Shown here in pieces: positions 28,783 through 38,546 of a stretch of 49,361 nucleotides of DNA (within the stretch, counting starts at the first letter, position 1; each line of letters opens with the position of its first letter). Made by a program: the position numbers and the translations under genes. The DNA comes from Lactobacillus sp. UBA5815 (GTDB taxonomy: Bacteria > Bacillota > Bacilli > Lactobacillales > Lactobacillaceae), in contig DICX01000058.1 of assembly GCA_002417825.1 (NCBI GenBank), positions 1-49,361 of the forward strand, given 5' to 3'. Below the pieces are notes generated by a model. That model was not told where the DNA came from and did no database searches. It was given only the letters and a program-made list of their open reading frames with translations.

Positions 28783-30579
28783 TCATGACTTGATCACGAG
28801 ATGATCATACAATTTGATGGTGATGAGATAATAACCTCCGTAAAGTAAGATGAAGATCAAGAAGGGAATCCAAATCTCATGGTACGGCTGCGGAATCAGC
28901 GATTTGAAGAACTGAAGACCAAATAAGACATGGACGACACCCAGTAATCCTGGAAGCAGGAACAAAAGTCCGATTTCCTGGTACATCGAACGACGCAAAA
29001 GCGAACGCCGAGCGCCGATTTTGCTGAGCATCTGATAACGGATCTTGTCACTGGGTGCACCGCTTAACACTTTGAACATCAGCATTGAAGCCAGCATCAT
29101 CATAAAAGCGAGCCCTAAGAAGATTCCCATGAACGTAAACCCACTTTCAATGTTCAGCCCCAACTGATAGACCACCGGTTTGGTAAACGTATAAAAATCC
29201 GTTTGACTTGGATCAGCACGTTGTTGTTTCAACATGATTTTTTTCAAAACCGGATAGTCCTGATCAAAATCATGAACTTGCAGATACGTCACATTTTTGA
29301 TCGGTGCCTTTAATCGTTCAAATTGCGCAGCCGGGACGACATGACTCGAGGTGACCACCAATCCTTCTGGAAAAAGAAACTTGAATTCTTCTGAAGACTG
29401 GCCCTTTTTTGATTCGTAATTGATTTTAGCGGTTCGATAAGACTGCACACCGTTTTTCAGATAAAAGATCTGTGTTTTTGGCGGATTGGCAGCCAAAGTT
29501 TGTTCATTCACGTAAAGTTGATGTGAGACCACCTTGTATTGATAATCGATCTTCTTTTTAAGATGCAGCTTAGATAGTTCTTTGTGCAGATCGACTTTTG
29601 AAGTCGTGATCACCCCATCATAATAAGTTGACGCCTTAGCTTGTTCCTTCAACGTATTGAAATTGATGCCAACGGTGATCGCACCTAAAGCCAACGCAAA
29701 CAAGATCGACACACACGTCAAGATCCGCGTGTAATCACGCAAACGAAACTTCAATTGGCCTAGCGTAAACGGGCGTAAGCGATGATACAGGATCTGATGA
29801 CGATGGCGAAGCCAATCGATGACACTGATGAGCAGTGAATCAAACAAGAAGAAAGATCCCACGACGATCGTCACTAACGCGATCGGAATCGACCAAAGCA
29901 TTAGTTTTTGAAAAGCAGCCATTGCCCAATAACCGATAGCAAGTAAAACGAGTCCTAAGATGGCTTCGATTGCGGTCAAAACTGGATGTTTTTTCAAAGA
30001 AATCGGTTTTTGCTGTTCATTCAGCAATTTGATAACAGGGGATTGCGCCAATTTGTGTGAATTCCACGCACCCGCCAGCAAAAACAGACAAATAAAGAAT
30101 ACAAAAGTCCACAAAACGGCTGGCAGATAAATCGCGTTGAAATTTGTGATCGTCAATCCCAACTGTTTCACGATCATCTTAGCGACGAGCCACGTCACGC
30201 CAAATCCTAAGATAACACCTGCCAGCGTTCCAATGATCCCAATGATCAGTGTCTCTAAAAAGATCAAAAGTGCGATTCGGCTGTTGCGTGCACCTAGCAT
30301 CATGAACATGCCATAATCGCGTTGACGCATGCTGAGCAGAAAACGATTCGCATAAATCATATAGATGAACGTGATGATCGCCAACAAAACGATGCCGAAG
30401 CCAAAAATAACGGAGGTATAATGATAACCCAAATTGACGTTCGATTTAAGAAATTGCGGATTCGTGGCCAAATCCAAGAACATGTAGAAACTCAAGCTGG
30501 CAGCCATCAATCCTGAAAACAGGACAAAGTAATCTTTGAAACGGCTTTTGATGCCGGTCAGTGCTAATTTAAAAAGCAT
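28783..30579 (-). CDS. BceB-type (FtsX-like) ABC permease for antimicrobial peptide resistance
   Basis: About 10 TM with a large extracellular loop; RQRDYGMFMMLGA and RYQMLSKIGA. Confidence 0.85.
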   Translation of the reverse strand: MLFKLALTGIKSRFKDYFVLFSGLMAASLSFYMFLDLATNPQFLKSNVNLGYHYTSVIFGFGIVLLAIITFIYMIYANRFLLSMRQRDYGMFMMLGARNSRIALLIFLETLIIGIIGTLAGVILGFGVTWLVAKMIVKQLGLTITNFNAIYLPAVLWTFVFFICLFLLAGAWNSHKLAQSPVIKLLNEQQKPISLKKHPVLTAIEAILGLVLLAIGYWAMAAFQKLMLWSIPIALVTIVVGSFFLFDSLLISVIDWLRHRHQILYHRLRPFTLGQLKFRLRDYTRILTCVSILFALALGAITVGINFNTLKEQAKASTYYDGVITTSKVDLHKELSKLHLKKKIDYQYKVVSHQLYVNEQTLAANPPKTQIFYLKNGVQSYRTAKINYESKKGQSSEEFKFLFPEGLVVTSSHVVPAAQFERLKAPIKNVTYLQVHDFDQDYPVLKKIMLKQQRADPSQTDFYTFTKPVVYQLGLNIESGFTFMGIFLGLAFMMMLASMLMFKVLSGAPSDKIRYQMLSKIGARRSLLRRSMYQEIGLLFLLPGLLGVVHVLFGLQFFKSLIPQPYHEIWIPFLIFILLYGGYYLITIKLYDHLVIKS

Positions 30580-30597
30580 CGTGAAACTTCCCTCCCT

Positions 30598-31350
30598 TTA
30601 ATCTGATGTCGTGCCAAGCGCATCTAGCAATTCGCGATAAAAGAAGCGCCGTGTTTGGTTCCCCTTCACGATCTGATGACTGATCTTGCCGTCTTTGATG
30701 AACAAAATACGGTCGGCATACGATGCCGAAAAAGGATCATGCGTCACCATCAAGACACAGACATGCTCATCTTGATTCAATTTTGCCATAGTCTGCAGCA
30801 ATTCCCGTGCACTGTTTGAATCCAGAGCCCCGGTTGGCTCATCTGCCAGCAGGATCGATGGCTCATGTACCAGCGCCCTTGCAGCTGCGACACGCTGCTT
30901 TTGACCACCCGAGATCGACACCGGATACTGATCCAAGATTCCCATGATGTCGAGTTTTGTCGCGATTTGTGTCACGAGCGGATCGATTCGTTTGGCAGAA
31001 ATTCCCCGCAACGTCAGCGGCAACGCGATGTTTTCACGTGCAGTCAGATTATCCAAAAGGTTGAACTCTTGAAAGATGAAGCCGATCTCACGACCACGAA
31101 AATCTGCCATTTGGTTCTTTCGCAACTGCGTGATATCTTTACGATTGATTTCGACACGCCCGCTAGTCGGCCGGTCCAACGTTGACAAAATATTCAACAG
31201 TGTGCTTTTGCCAGATCCTGAAGCACCCATCACGGCAACGAATTCACCTCTTTGAACTTGAAACGACACACCTTTTAGTGCTTGATACTGTTTCTCGCCT
31301 TTTTTGCCATAGGTTTTCGTGATTTCTTCAACGTTCATGACTGGATTCAT
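30598..31350 (-). CDS. BceA-type ABC ATP-binding protein
   Basis: GASGSGKST, ISGGQKQR, LADEPTGALD and VTHDPFSASY. Confidence 0.9.
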   Translation of the reverse strand: MNPVMNVEEITKTYGKKGEKQYQALKGVSFQVQRGEFVAVMGASGSGKSTLLNILSTLDRPTSGRVEINRKDITQLRKNQMADFRGREIGFIFQEFNLLDNLTARENIALPLTLRGISAKRIDPLVTQIATKLDIMGILDQYPVSISGGQKQRVAAARALVHEPSILLADEPTGALDSNSARELLQTMAKLNQDEHVCVLMVTHDPFSASYADRILFIKDGKISHQIVKGNQTRRFFYRELLDALGTTSD

Positions 31351-31545
31351 TTTGTTTTCCCCTTCCAGGTAATCTAGTGTACTACTAATCTATTACAATA
31401 AAATAGTACAACGCAAACTTCCTTTTTGCAATCGCAAAATTGCTTTTTTTGTCATGTAAGCGAATTTATTCTGATTTTTTTAAGTTGTCAGCGAATTGTT
31501 TTGTATAATAAAGCGAATACTTTAAAGGAGGAACAGCAAAATCTT

Positions 31546-32988
31546 ATGATCGATGAAGCTGGAAAACGAAAATATATTAGTTGGCCCGTGATCGCCCTGA
31601 TGGACTTTGTCACGGTCATCGGCTTCGACGACATCATCTACAATTTTCAGAACCAGGGATTAGCCGTCGTGACTGACTGGATCATGTTGTTAGTCTTGTT
31701 CGTCATTCCGTACGAAATGATGGTGGGCCATTTAGGCGCCGTCTTTTCAAAAGAAGGTGGTGGCCTGTCATCATGGATCCGCCACACCTCTGGTGACAAA
31801 ATGGGATACATCGCGGCTTGGAGTTATTGGGTCGTCTCGCTTCCCTATTTAGTCGATGTCGCCAATTCAACGGTCGTCGCACTGGGCTGGCTGATCAATG
31901 GCAACAATTCGATGCAAAACAAGATGAGTAACCAAATGTTTGCCTTAACGACTGCTCTCATTTTCGTCATCTTTATCTTCTTTCAGCATCGATTCGCCAA
32001 TTCGCTGCAATGGCTTTCGATCCTCGGCGGTGGTGCCATGTTCGTAATGACCATCTTGTTCGTCATCATGACATGTGCTTATTTGGGACAAGGTCGTGCA
32101 ATCGCAACGACGCCGTTCCATTTCAAGAACTTCCTGCCGACTTTCAACATGAAATTTTTGATGTCGTTAGGTTTATTGATCTTTGCCATGAACGGTAGCG
32201 AGTTCATTGCACCTTACGTTAATGAAATGAAAAATGGACCGCGTGATTTTCCTAAAGCCATGTATCTTTTAGCCATCATGACAGGTTTCTTGACGATATT
32301 CGGTTCGTTTTCACTAGGCGTCTTCTTCAATGCGCATCATCTTCCAAACGATTTGAAGATGAACGGTTCCTATTATGCGTTCCAAGCGATGGGAACGAAG
32401 TTCGGCATGGGGAAATTCTTCCTGTATGCATTCATCATCACACAAGCCATTTACATGTTGGCGCAATTAGCCGTCTTAGTCGATGGTGGCGCACGGATCT
32501 TCTTGTCTGATACTGCAAAGAAATATTTACCCAAACAATTGACGAAAACCGATAAAAACGGGTTGCCAATCAATGGCTATTGGCTAACGACGTTCATCTG
32601 TACGGTGATCCTGGTCTTAAGTGCAACGCTGCCACAAATGAACGATATCTTTAATCAATTATTGAATTTGAACGGGATCATCTCACCGTATGTGACAGGA
32701 CTTCTGTTCTGGGCCTTCATCAAGGTCCGTCAAAATCAAGAAAAATTTCCATCAAAATACGTTTACATCAAAAACCGTAAATTTGCGATGGTCGTTGGTT
32801 GGTGGTGCTTGATCTTGACTGTCACCGCCGCAACGTTCGGTATCATCCCGATCGATGCGAAATTTGGTTCGCACGTTTGGTGGCAAATGCTGATTTTGAA
32901 CATCGTGGAGCCATTATTCATGATCGGTCTTGGTATCATTTTGCCAATGATCGCCAAATGGCAACGCAAACGCGACACTGCTCGCTGA
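31546..32988 (+). CDS. APC-family amino acid permease/antiporter
   Basis: About 12 TM; start MIDEAG at 31546 after SD AAGGAGG; NGSEFIAPY and DFPKAM. Confidence 0.85.
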   Translation: MIDEAGKRKYISWPVIALMDFVTVIGFDDIIYNFQNQGLAVVTDWIMLLVLFVIPYEMMVGHLGAVFSKEGGGLSSWIRHTSGDKMGYIAAWSYWVVSLPYLVDVANSTVVALGWLINGNNSMQNKMSNQMFALTTALIFVIFIFFQHRFANSLQWLSILGGGAMFVMTILFVIMTCAYLGQGRAIATTPFHFKNFLPTFNMKFLMSLGLLIFAMNGSEFIAPYVNEMKNGPRDFPKAMYLLAIMTGFLTIFGSFSLGVFFNAHHLPNDLKMNGSYYAFQAMGTKFGMGKFFLYAFIITQAIYMLAQLAVLVDGGARIFLSDTAKKYLPKQLTKTDKNGLPINGYWLTTFICTVILVLSATLPQMNDIFNQLLNLNGIISPYVTGLLFWAFIKVRQNQEKFPSKYVYIKNRKFAMVVGWWCLILTVTAATFGIIPIDAKFGSHVWWQMLILNIVEPLFMIGLGIILPMIAKWQRKRDTAR

Positions 32989-32991
32989 TTC

Positions 32992-33021
32992 AAAAGCCTC
33001 TCGATTACGAGAGGCTTTTTT
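32992..33021 (+). terminator. Intrinsic terminator
   Basis: AAAAGCCTCTCG-atta-CGAGAGGCTTTTTT. Confidence 0.85.
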
Positions 33022-33068
33022 GATCGATGATTTCTTAAAAGATGGTATAATAAACTAAAGTATTTTTA

Positions 33069-34367
33069 ATGAAAGTAGGTGATCATTTGATCAAAACCCA
33101 ACCTTTCCAACACCGCGCTGTCATTGCGGGTGTTAATTTAAATGAACCAGCCTTTCCTTACGAAATGACTGAATTGGCTCATTTAGCTGAGGCAGACCAG
33201 CTCAAAGTCGTTGGTCAAGCCCAGCAAAATGCGGATCAACTTTCTGCTGCTACCTATTTCGGCTTAGGTAAAGTCAATGAAATCAAGGCACTCGCACAAG
33301 GCCTGAAAGCTGATCGACTCGTCGTCAACGATGAATTGAGCCCCACTCAGATTCGAAACTTGGAGGCAATCACGAAACTCCAAGTGCTCGATCACACCGA
33401 ATTGATCTTAGAGATCTTCTCCAGTCGTGCTAAAACGAAACAAGCCAAGCTTCAAGTCAAATTGGCACGTTTGCAATATGAACTGCCACGTCTTCATCCA
33501 TCTGAACGCACGCTTGACCAGCAGCACGGCTCTGGCGGTAGCACTGGTGGATTCGCAAACCGTGGTTCCGGTGAAACCAAGCTTGAATTGAACCGGCGGA
33601 CTTTGGACCAGCAGATCAGTCAGATCAAAAAAGAACTCGATGCGATCACGAGTCAAGAAGAAGTCAAAGCAAAACGCCGTCAACGTTCTCGACTGCCTAA
33701 AGTCGCACTCGTCGGCTATACCAACTCTGGAAAATCGACGACGATGAATGCACTTTTAGAGGCTTTTGAAATGCCGAGCAGACCCGTTTTCGTGAAAAAC
33801 ATGCTTTTCGCGACACTAGATACGTCAGTTCGTCGAATCGATCTGGACGACCATTTGAGCTTCATCCTGTCAGACACGGTCGGTTTCATTTCAAAGCTGC
33901 CGCATCACTTGGTCGAAGCATTCAAAGCCACGCTGCAGGAAGCTAAAGAAGCTGATCTGATCGTAAACGTCGTCGATGCAAGCGATCCCAACATGATGAC
34001 GATGATGAAAACAACGCTGAACGTTTTGCATGAGATCGGCGTTCAAGACGTTCCGATCATCACGGCTTACAACAAAGCAGACTTGACTGAACGTGCTTAC
34101 CCGCAAGCCGAAGGCAATGATTTGATCTACAGTGCACATGACGCAAAATCAGTTAAGGTTTTAGCACGTACGATCACCTCAAAAATCTTCCAAGGTTACG
34201 AACGCTATCAATTGATTTTGCCCTTGTCTGATGGCAAGACTTTAAATTATCTTTACGATCATGCCTCAGTTGAACAGGAAGCTTTCCGTGACGATGGCGT
34301 TCACCTTGTAGCAAGGATTGCACCACAAGATCAGGCACGTTTCAAACCATACTTGACCGCACGCTGA
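33069..34367 (+). CDS. hflX: Ribosome-splitting GTPase HflX
   Basis: RGSGETKLE, GYTNSGKST, FATLDT, DTVGF and NKAD. Confidence 0.95.
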   Translation: MKVGDHLIKTQPFQHRAVIAGVNLNEPAFPYEMTELAHLAEADQLKVVGQAQQNADQLSAATYFGLGKVNEIKALAQGLKADRLVVNDELSPTQIRNLEAITKLQVLDHTELILEIFSSRAKTKQAKLQVKLARLQYELPRLHPSERTLDQQHGSGGSTGGFANRGSGETKLELNRRTLDQQISQIKKELDAITSQEEVKAKRRQRSRLPKVALVGYTNSGKSTTMNALLEAFEMPSRPVFVKNMLFATLDTSVRRIDLDDHLSFILSDTVGFISKLPHHLVEAFKATLQEAKEADLIVNVVDASDPNMMTMMKTTLNVLHEIGVQDVPIITAYNKADLTERAYPQAEGNDLIYSAHDAKSVKVLARTITSKIFQGYERYQLILPLSDGKTLNYLYDHASVEQEAFRDDGVHLVARIAPQDQARFKPYLTAR

Positions 34368-34378
34368 TTGACACCAAT

Positions 34379-34408
34379 AAAAAAGCCGCTTCATACGAAG
34401 CGGTTTTT
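34379..34408. terminator. Bidirectional intrinsic terminator
   Basis: AAAAAAGCCGCTTC-atac-GAAGCGGTTTTT. Confidence 0.8.
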
Positions 34409-34416
34409 GTGTGCCT

Positions 34417-35820
34417 TCAAACACGTTTTTGCAATTTTGAGTGATGAATACCATAAGTCAAATAAATCAACAGGCCTAATAAAAGCCAACTGCCAACTGA
34501 AATTTTCGTCATCGTCGGCAGCATCAAGATAAAGTACAAGCTTGCGCATCCCGCTAAAATCGGTAAGAAAGGATACCATGGCATCTTGAAACCAGGATTG
34601 ACCAGATCAGAACGACGGCGCAAACGTAAGATACCGAACGAAATGAATGTGAATGCGATCAACGTCCCGGCATTGATCAAAGCCGCTAATTGCGTCAACG
34701 GCACTAGCCCTGCAAAAACGGCTTGAACGAGCGTCGCAATCAAAATTGCGTTTCGTGGAACTGCATGTTTTTGATGGATCTTGCCTATCCCAGTTGGCAA
34801 AAGGCCATCTCGTCCTAATGCATAGATCAATCGTGAACCGCCAAAGAACATCGTTAACATCGACGTGAAGATGCCGATCAAAGCTCCTAACGTGATGAGC
34901 TTGTTCCAAGTCTGCAGATGGATCCGGTTGAGTGCATAAGCAGCAGGATCATCCACGTTGAGATAACGATAATTGACGATCCCTGTCAAAACAAGCGAAA
35001 ACGCAACGTACAGGAAAACGGAAACGAGGACCGTTCCCAAGATCCCTTTCACGACGTTTTTCTCAGGCTCGATCGTTTCTGCTGAATTGGCAGCTAGCGC
35101 ATCGAATCCGATGAAGGCAAAAAAGACAGTCGCTGCCGCAGTCGAGATACCGCCGATTCCCAAAGGTGGCGTTTGAAACTGCTTAGGATAAAACGGCACA
35201 TAATTTTTCGTCTTGATATAGAAACTGCCAACGACGATAAAAATCAAAATAATCGCAACTTTGATGACTACCGCGACGTTTTCAACACGTTTAGACAGAT
35301 TTGCACCATGAAGCAGGATAAAAGCAATAAGAAGCACGATCACGACAGCCGACAGGTTCACCACGCCGCCTTCCATCGGTCCGACACGCAGCGCTTTGGG
35401 CAACGCGATACCGAAAGCCCCCAATAAATTATCGTTGAAGTAAGCGGCAAAGCCTGTTGCTTCAGCTGAAACCGCCAGAAAGTATTCCAAAATCAAAGCC
35501 CAGCCTAAGAGCCAGCCGATGATCTCGCCATAGACTACCGTTCCAAATGAATAAGCAGAGCCTGCTACCGGCATGACCGATGAAAATTCCGCATAGGCCA
35601 TCCCCACGATTCCTGAGACCAAAGCTGCCAGTAAAAAAGCAACGGCGACTGCAGGCCCCGCATGAAGTGCCGCTTCATGGCCAGGAAGGATGAAGATTCC
35701 TGTTCCGACGACTGCACCAATCCCTAAAGCCACGAGATCATGTGCTTTCAAAGTGCGATCGAGCCCAGCATCCGCGGCTAAATACGTTTGCACAGATTCT
35801 TTTTTGAAGATGTTTTTCAT
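34417..35820 (-). CDS. APC-family (CAT-like) amino acid permease
   Basis: LGIGAVVGTGIF, YAEFSSVMPVAGSAY, FAFIGFD and GRDGLLP. Confidence 0.9.
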   Translation of the reverse strand: MKNIFKKESVQTYLAADAGLDRTLKAHDLVALGIGAVVGTGIFILPGHEAALHAGPAVAVAFLLAALVSGIVGMAYAEFSSVMPVAGSAYSFGTVVYGEIIGWLLGWALILEYFLAVSAEATGFAAYFNDNLLGAFGIALPKALRVGPMEGGVVNLSAVVIVLLIAFILLHGANLSKRVENVAVVIKVAIILIFIVVGSFYIKTKNYVPFYPKQFQTPPLGIGGISTAAATVFFAFIGFDALAANSAETIEPEKNVVKGILGTVLVSVFLYVAFSLVLTGIVNYRYLNVDDPAAYALNRIHLQTWNKLITLGALIGIFTSMLTMFFGGSRLIYALGRDGLLPTGIGKIHQKHAVPRNAILIATLVQAVFAGLVPLTQLAALINAGTLIAFTFISFGILRLRRRSDLVNPGFKMPWYPFLPILAGCASLYFILMLPTMTKISVGSWLLLGLLIYLTYGIHHSKLQKRV

Positions 35821-36013
35821 AGCGGCTCCTAAAGACGATTCGTATCCTTCATTGAAAATAATACCGTTTAATTTTACCCTATTGCATCATCTTTTTTGAT
35901 TAAATTTAAAAGAAATATTTGTATTTTTATGCCTCTCCAAACGATCACAACGACTAAAATAAAACATGGTGTCTTTCACGAACAAAACTTGGTTCAAGAA
36001 AAGAAGCACAAAA

Positions 36014-36952
36014 ATGAAAATTTTTTTATCGAGTCTTTCTGGCGTTTTAGAAATTTTGCTGTTGATGGTCTTAGGGGCTTTTTTGACCGAAAAAGGCTGG
36101 TTTGGTGAGCAAACTAGCAAGCGATTGGCTAGGATCGTAACACAAATCGCGCTGCCTGCGGACATGATCGTTACGATCTCACAAAAATTCACCGCAGCGA
36201 CATTACTTAAAACACTACCAGATTTGTTTTTTCCAATCATCTCGATGCTGTTGCTGATGATTTTATCTTTCGGTGTCAGCAAGCTGATTCACGTGCCAAT
36301 TTCTCATCGTGGCACGTTTCAATCACTGTTCTTCAATTCCAATACGATTTTTATCGGATTACCCGTCGACATGGCATTATTCGGCGTCAAAAGTTTACCT
36401 TATCTGCTAGTCTATTACATGGCAAACACGACGATCTTTTGGACGATCGGGACTTATCTAATTCAAAAAGACGGCAACACCGCAGTACGATTCGATTGGA
36501 AGCAAACCTTGCGCAAAGTCTTTTCGCCACCGTTATTGGGATTCCTCTTCGGCATCTTCATGGTCCTCGTCGATTTGCGACTGCCCAACTTTTTGATGGC
36601 TGACTTGGCCTATTTGGGTAATCTCACGATTCCTGGGGCAATGATCTTCATCGGCATCACGATCGCACATATCGGCATCAAACAGTTGAAGATGGACCGG
36701 GACGTCTTTGCCATCTTCATCGGCCGTTTTCTGATCGCACCATTGCTGATGACAGCATTGATCATTTGGACGCCATTACCCATGATGATGAAAAAAGTAT
36801 TCATTCTGCAAGCAGCGATGCCAGCGATGACCAACGCACCTGTCGTCGCGAAACTCTATGGGGCTGATGACCGTTTTGCTGCCAGAGTCGTGGCTGAAAC
36901 GACTTTGGCTTCGATCATCGTCATTCCGGTCGTTATGACTTGTCTGCAGTGA
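36014..36952 (+). CDS. AEC-family transporter (malate permease-like)
   Basis: NSNTIFIGLP and QAAMPAMTN motifs, about 10 TM; start MKIFL is likely. Confidence 0.82.
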   Translation: MKIFLSSLSGVLEILLLMVLGAFLTEKGWFGEQTSKRLARIVTQIALPADMIVTISQKFTAATLLKTLPDLFFPIISMLLLMILSFGVSKLIHVPISHRGTFQSLFFNSNTIFIGLPVDMALFGVKSLPYLLVYYMANTTIFWTIGTYLIQKDGNTAVRFDWKQTLRKVFSPPLLGFLFGIFMVLVDLRLPNFLMADLAYLGNLTIPGAMIFIGITIAHIGIKQLKMDRDVFAIFIGRFLIAPLLMTALIIWTPLPMMMKKVFILQAAMPAMTNAPVVAKLYGADDRFAARVVAETTLASIIVIPVVMTCLQ

Positions 36953-37093
36953 TCAAAAAAGACTTCACGCTTTTATTCATTGGTGAAGTCTTTTTTGGTG
37001 TTCATTTTTAACCCAGCAGTAACGAATCATCAGACAAGGTGGTGTCCTGAGTCTCTTTGAAACGTGCCATCAGATCAGGAACCGTGAGATGCT
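36948..37093 (+). repeat. Left copy of a 146-bp direct repeat (terminator plus orphan 3' end of the ABC ATPase gene)
   Basis: Aligns without gaps to 38401-38546 with 11 mismatches (manual count). On the minus strand it encodes HLTVPDLMARFKETQDTTLSDDSLLLG*. Confidence 0.95.
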
Positions 37094-38400
37094 TATTAAG
37101 CATTAATACTTTAAGCTTTTTTTCTTAATTCCATTTATATGAATTTCTTTAAGTGCTTTTATGCTAATATTTAATAAGGATATTTCAAAATTGGGAGTAT
37201 TTAATGCCTTCAAGACTTTGCTCAAATCATAGAGGTATTAAAATCTTGGAATGTAATAAATTTTGGGGAGGAATGTTTCAACATGAAAACAACTAAATTA
37301 GTTGTAGGCATTTTAATGTCTATTTTGTCGGTATACATAATCTTTCAATCTATGATTGCGGGTTTTGGAGAAGCTCTGATAAATAGTAATGGAACGAGTG
37401 AAGAATCAGGGTTAATATTTGCCGTTCTTTTTTTAGCATCAGGAATTGTCTACATCGTTAATAAATCAAAAAAAGCTCTTGGAAGCGATATAGCCTGTCT
37501 GATCATGCTTTTAATCGCATGGTTAATCGGAATCACTACGGCAGGTATCTATCGTGATTTAATCGTTTGGAGTTGGCTTGCATTTATAATTGGGATTGGC
37601 TTTTTTGTTTGGCATTTGATATCAAACAAGAAAAATCCAGTTTCTGGCAAAATCCCCGCTCCTAACGTAAGCAACCAAAATCCAAAATCTAATAAACCGT
37701 TTTACAAAAAATGGTGGGTATGGGTATTGGCAGCTGTTGTCGTAATCGTTTTAATTGTTTTAATCGGCACGAATAATAGTTCTGGCAATTCCGCATCTGA
37801 TAGTAATACTAGCCAGGATAGCGTAACAGATTCTTCTAGTGACTCAAGCGCAACTTCTGGTCATTCTACAACATCTAAAGAAAAAGGAAACAGCACTTCT
37901 TCTGATAAAATAACGGTAAATTATCAAGACTATGAAATTTTGCACAGTAAATCCTATCCAGCAAACTACCAAAATACAGCATGGAACGCAGCAGCAGTCA
38001 AAGTTACAAAGATAGTTGCATACACACTCGTCAACCCGACTAAATACAAATCTGCCAATGATGGTACTTTCCAAGCAACTGGTTTTGTGAGAATTTATTT
38101 CAATGTAAAAGCTAATCGAGATATCAGTATCTATCCAACGCAAGGTACCTATATTTTTAATAATACTGAACAACATGAAGCTGATGGCGATGAAACATGG
38201 GATGGTGACATCAGTAACGGTGTCATTAAGAATGGTAGTGTTACAGTGCCTATTAAAGATGTTTCGAATTTAAAAACGGTACGAATCAAATTTGATGCTG
38301 ATTATGATACAGATGACATCGATGATGATAATTCGAATTATACGTATGATTTCACTTTAAATTTATAAATTGCAAAATAATATTTCGATTCTATTATATT
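37094..38400. mobile_element. AT-rich single-gene cassette between direct repeats (no recombinase gene)
   Basis: Visibly more AT-rich than the flanks, with AT-ending codons, and bounded by the 146-bp repeats. Confidence 0.6.
37283..38368 (+). CDS. Hypothetical membrane protein: 4 TM, KPFYKKWWVW-TM, Ser linker, extracellular beta domain
   Basis: 361 aa, SD GGGGAGG. Architecture resembles prophage-associated surface/immunity proteins; no family confirmed. Confidence 0.75.
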   Translation: MKTTKLVVGILMSILSVYIIFQSMIAGFGEALINSNGTSEESGLIFAVLFLASGIVYIVNKSKKALGSDIACLIMLLIAWLIGITTAGIYRDLIVWSWLAFIIGIGFFVWHLISNKKNPVSGKIPAPNVSNQNPKSNKPFYKKWWVWVLAAVVVIVLIVLIGTNNSSGNSASDSNTSQDSVTDSSSDSSATSGHSTTSKEKGNSTSSDKITVNYQDYEILHSKSYPANYQNTAWNAAAVKVTKIVAYTLVNPTKYKSANDGTFQATGFVRIYFNVKANRDISIYPTQGTYIFNNTEQHEADGDETWDGDISNGVIKNGSVTVPIKDVSNLKTVRIKFDADYDTDDIDDDNSNYTYDFTLNL

Positions 38401-38546
38401 AGTGATCAAAAAAGACCTCATCTTTTCATTCATCGGTGAAGTCTTTTTTGGTGTTCATTTTTAACTCAGCAGCAACGAATCATCAGACAAGGTGGTTCCC
38501 TGAGTCTCTTTGAAACGCGCCATCAGATCAGGAACCGTGAGATGCT
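38401..38546 (+). repeat. Right copy of the 146-bp direct repeat (functional ATPase 3' end plus terminator)
   Basis: See the left copy; this copy encodes ...QGTTLSDDSLLLS*. Confidence 0.95.

Noticed and set aside
33022-33090. Possible antibiotic-responsive attenuator upstream of hflX, as for Listeria hflXr
   Set aside because: The -10 (TATAAT, about 33046) is close to the start codon, leaving no room for a leader ORF or terminator.
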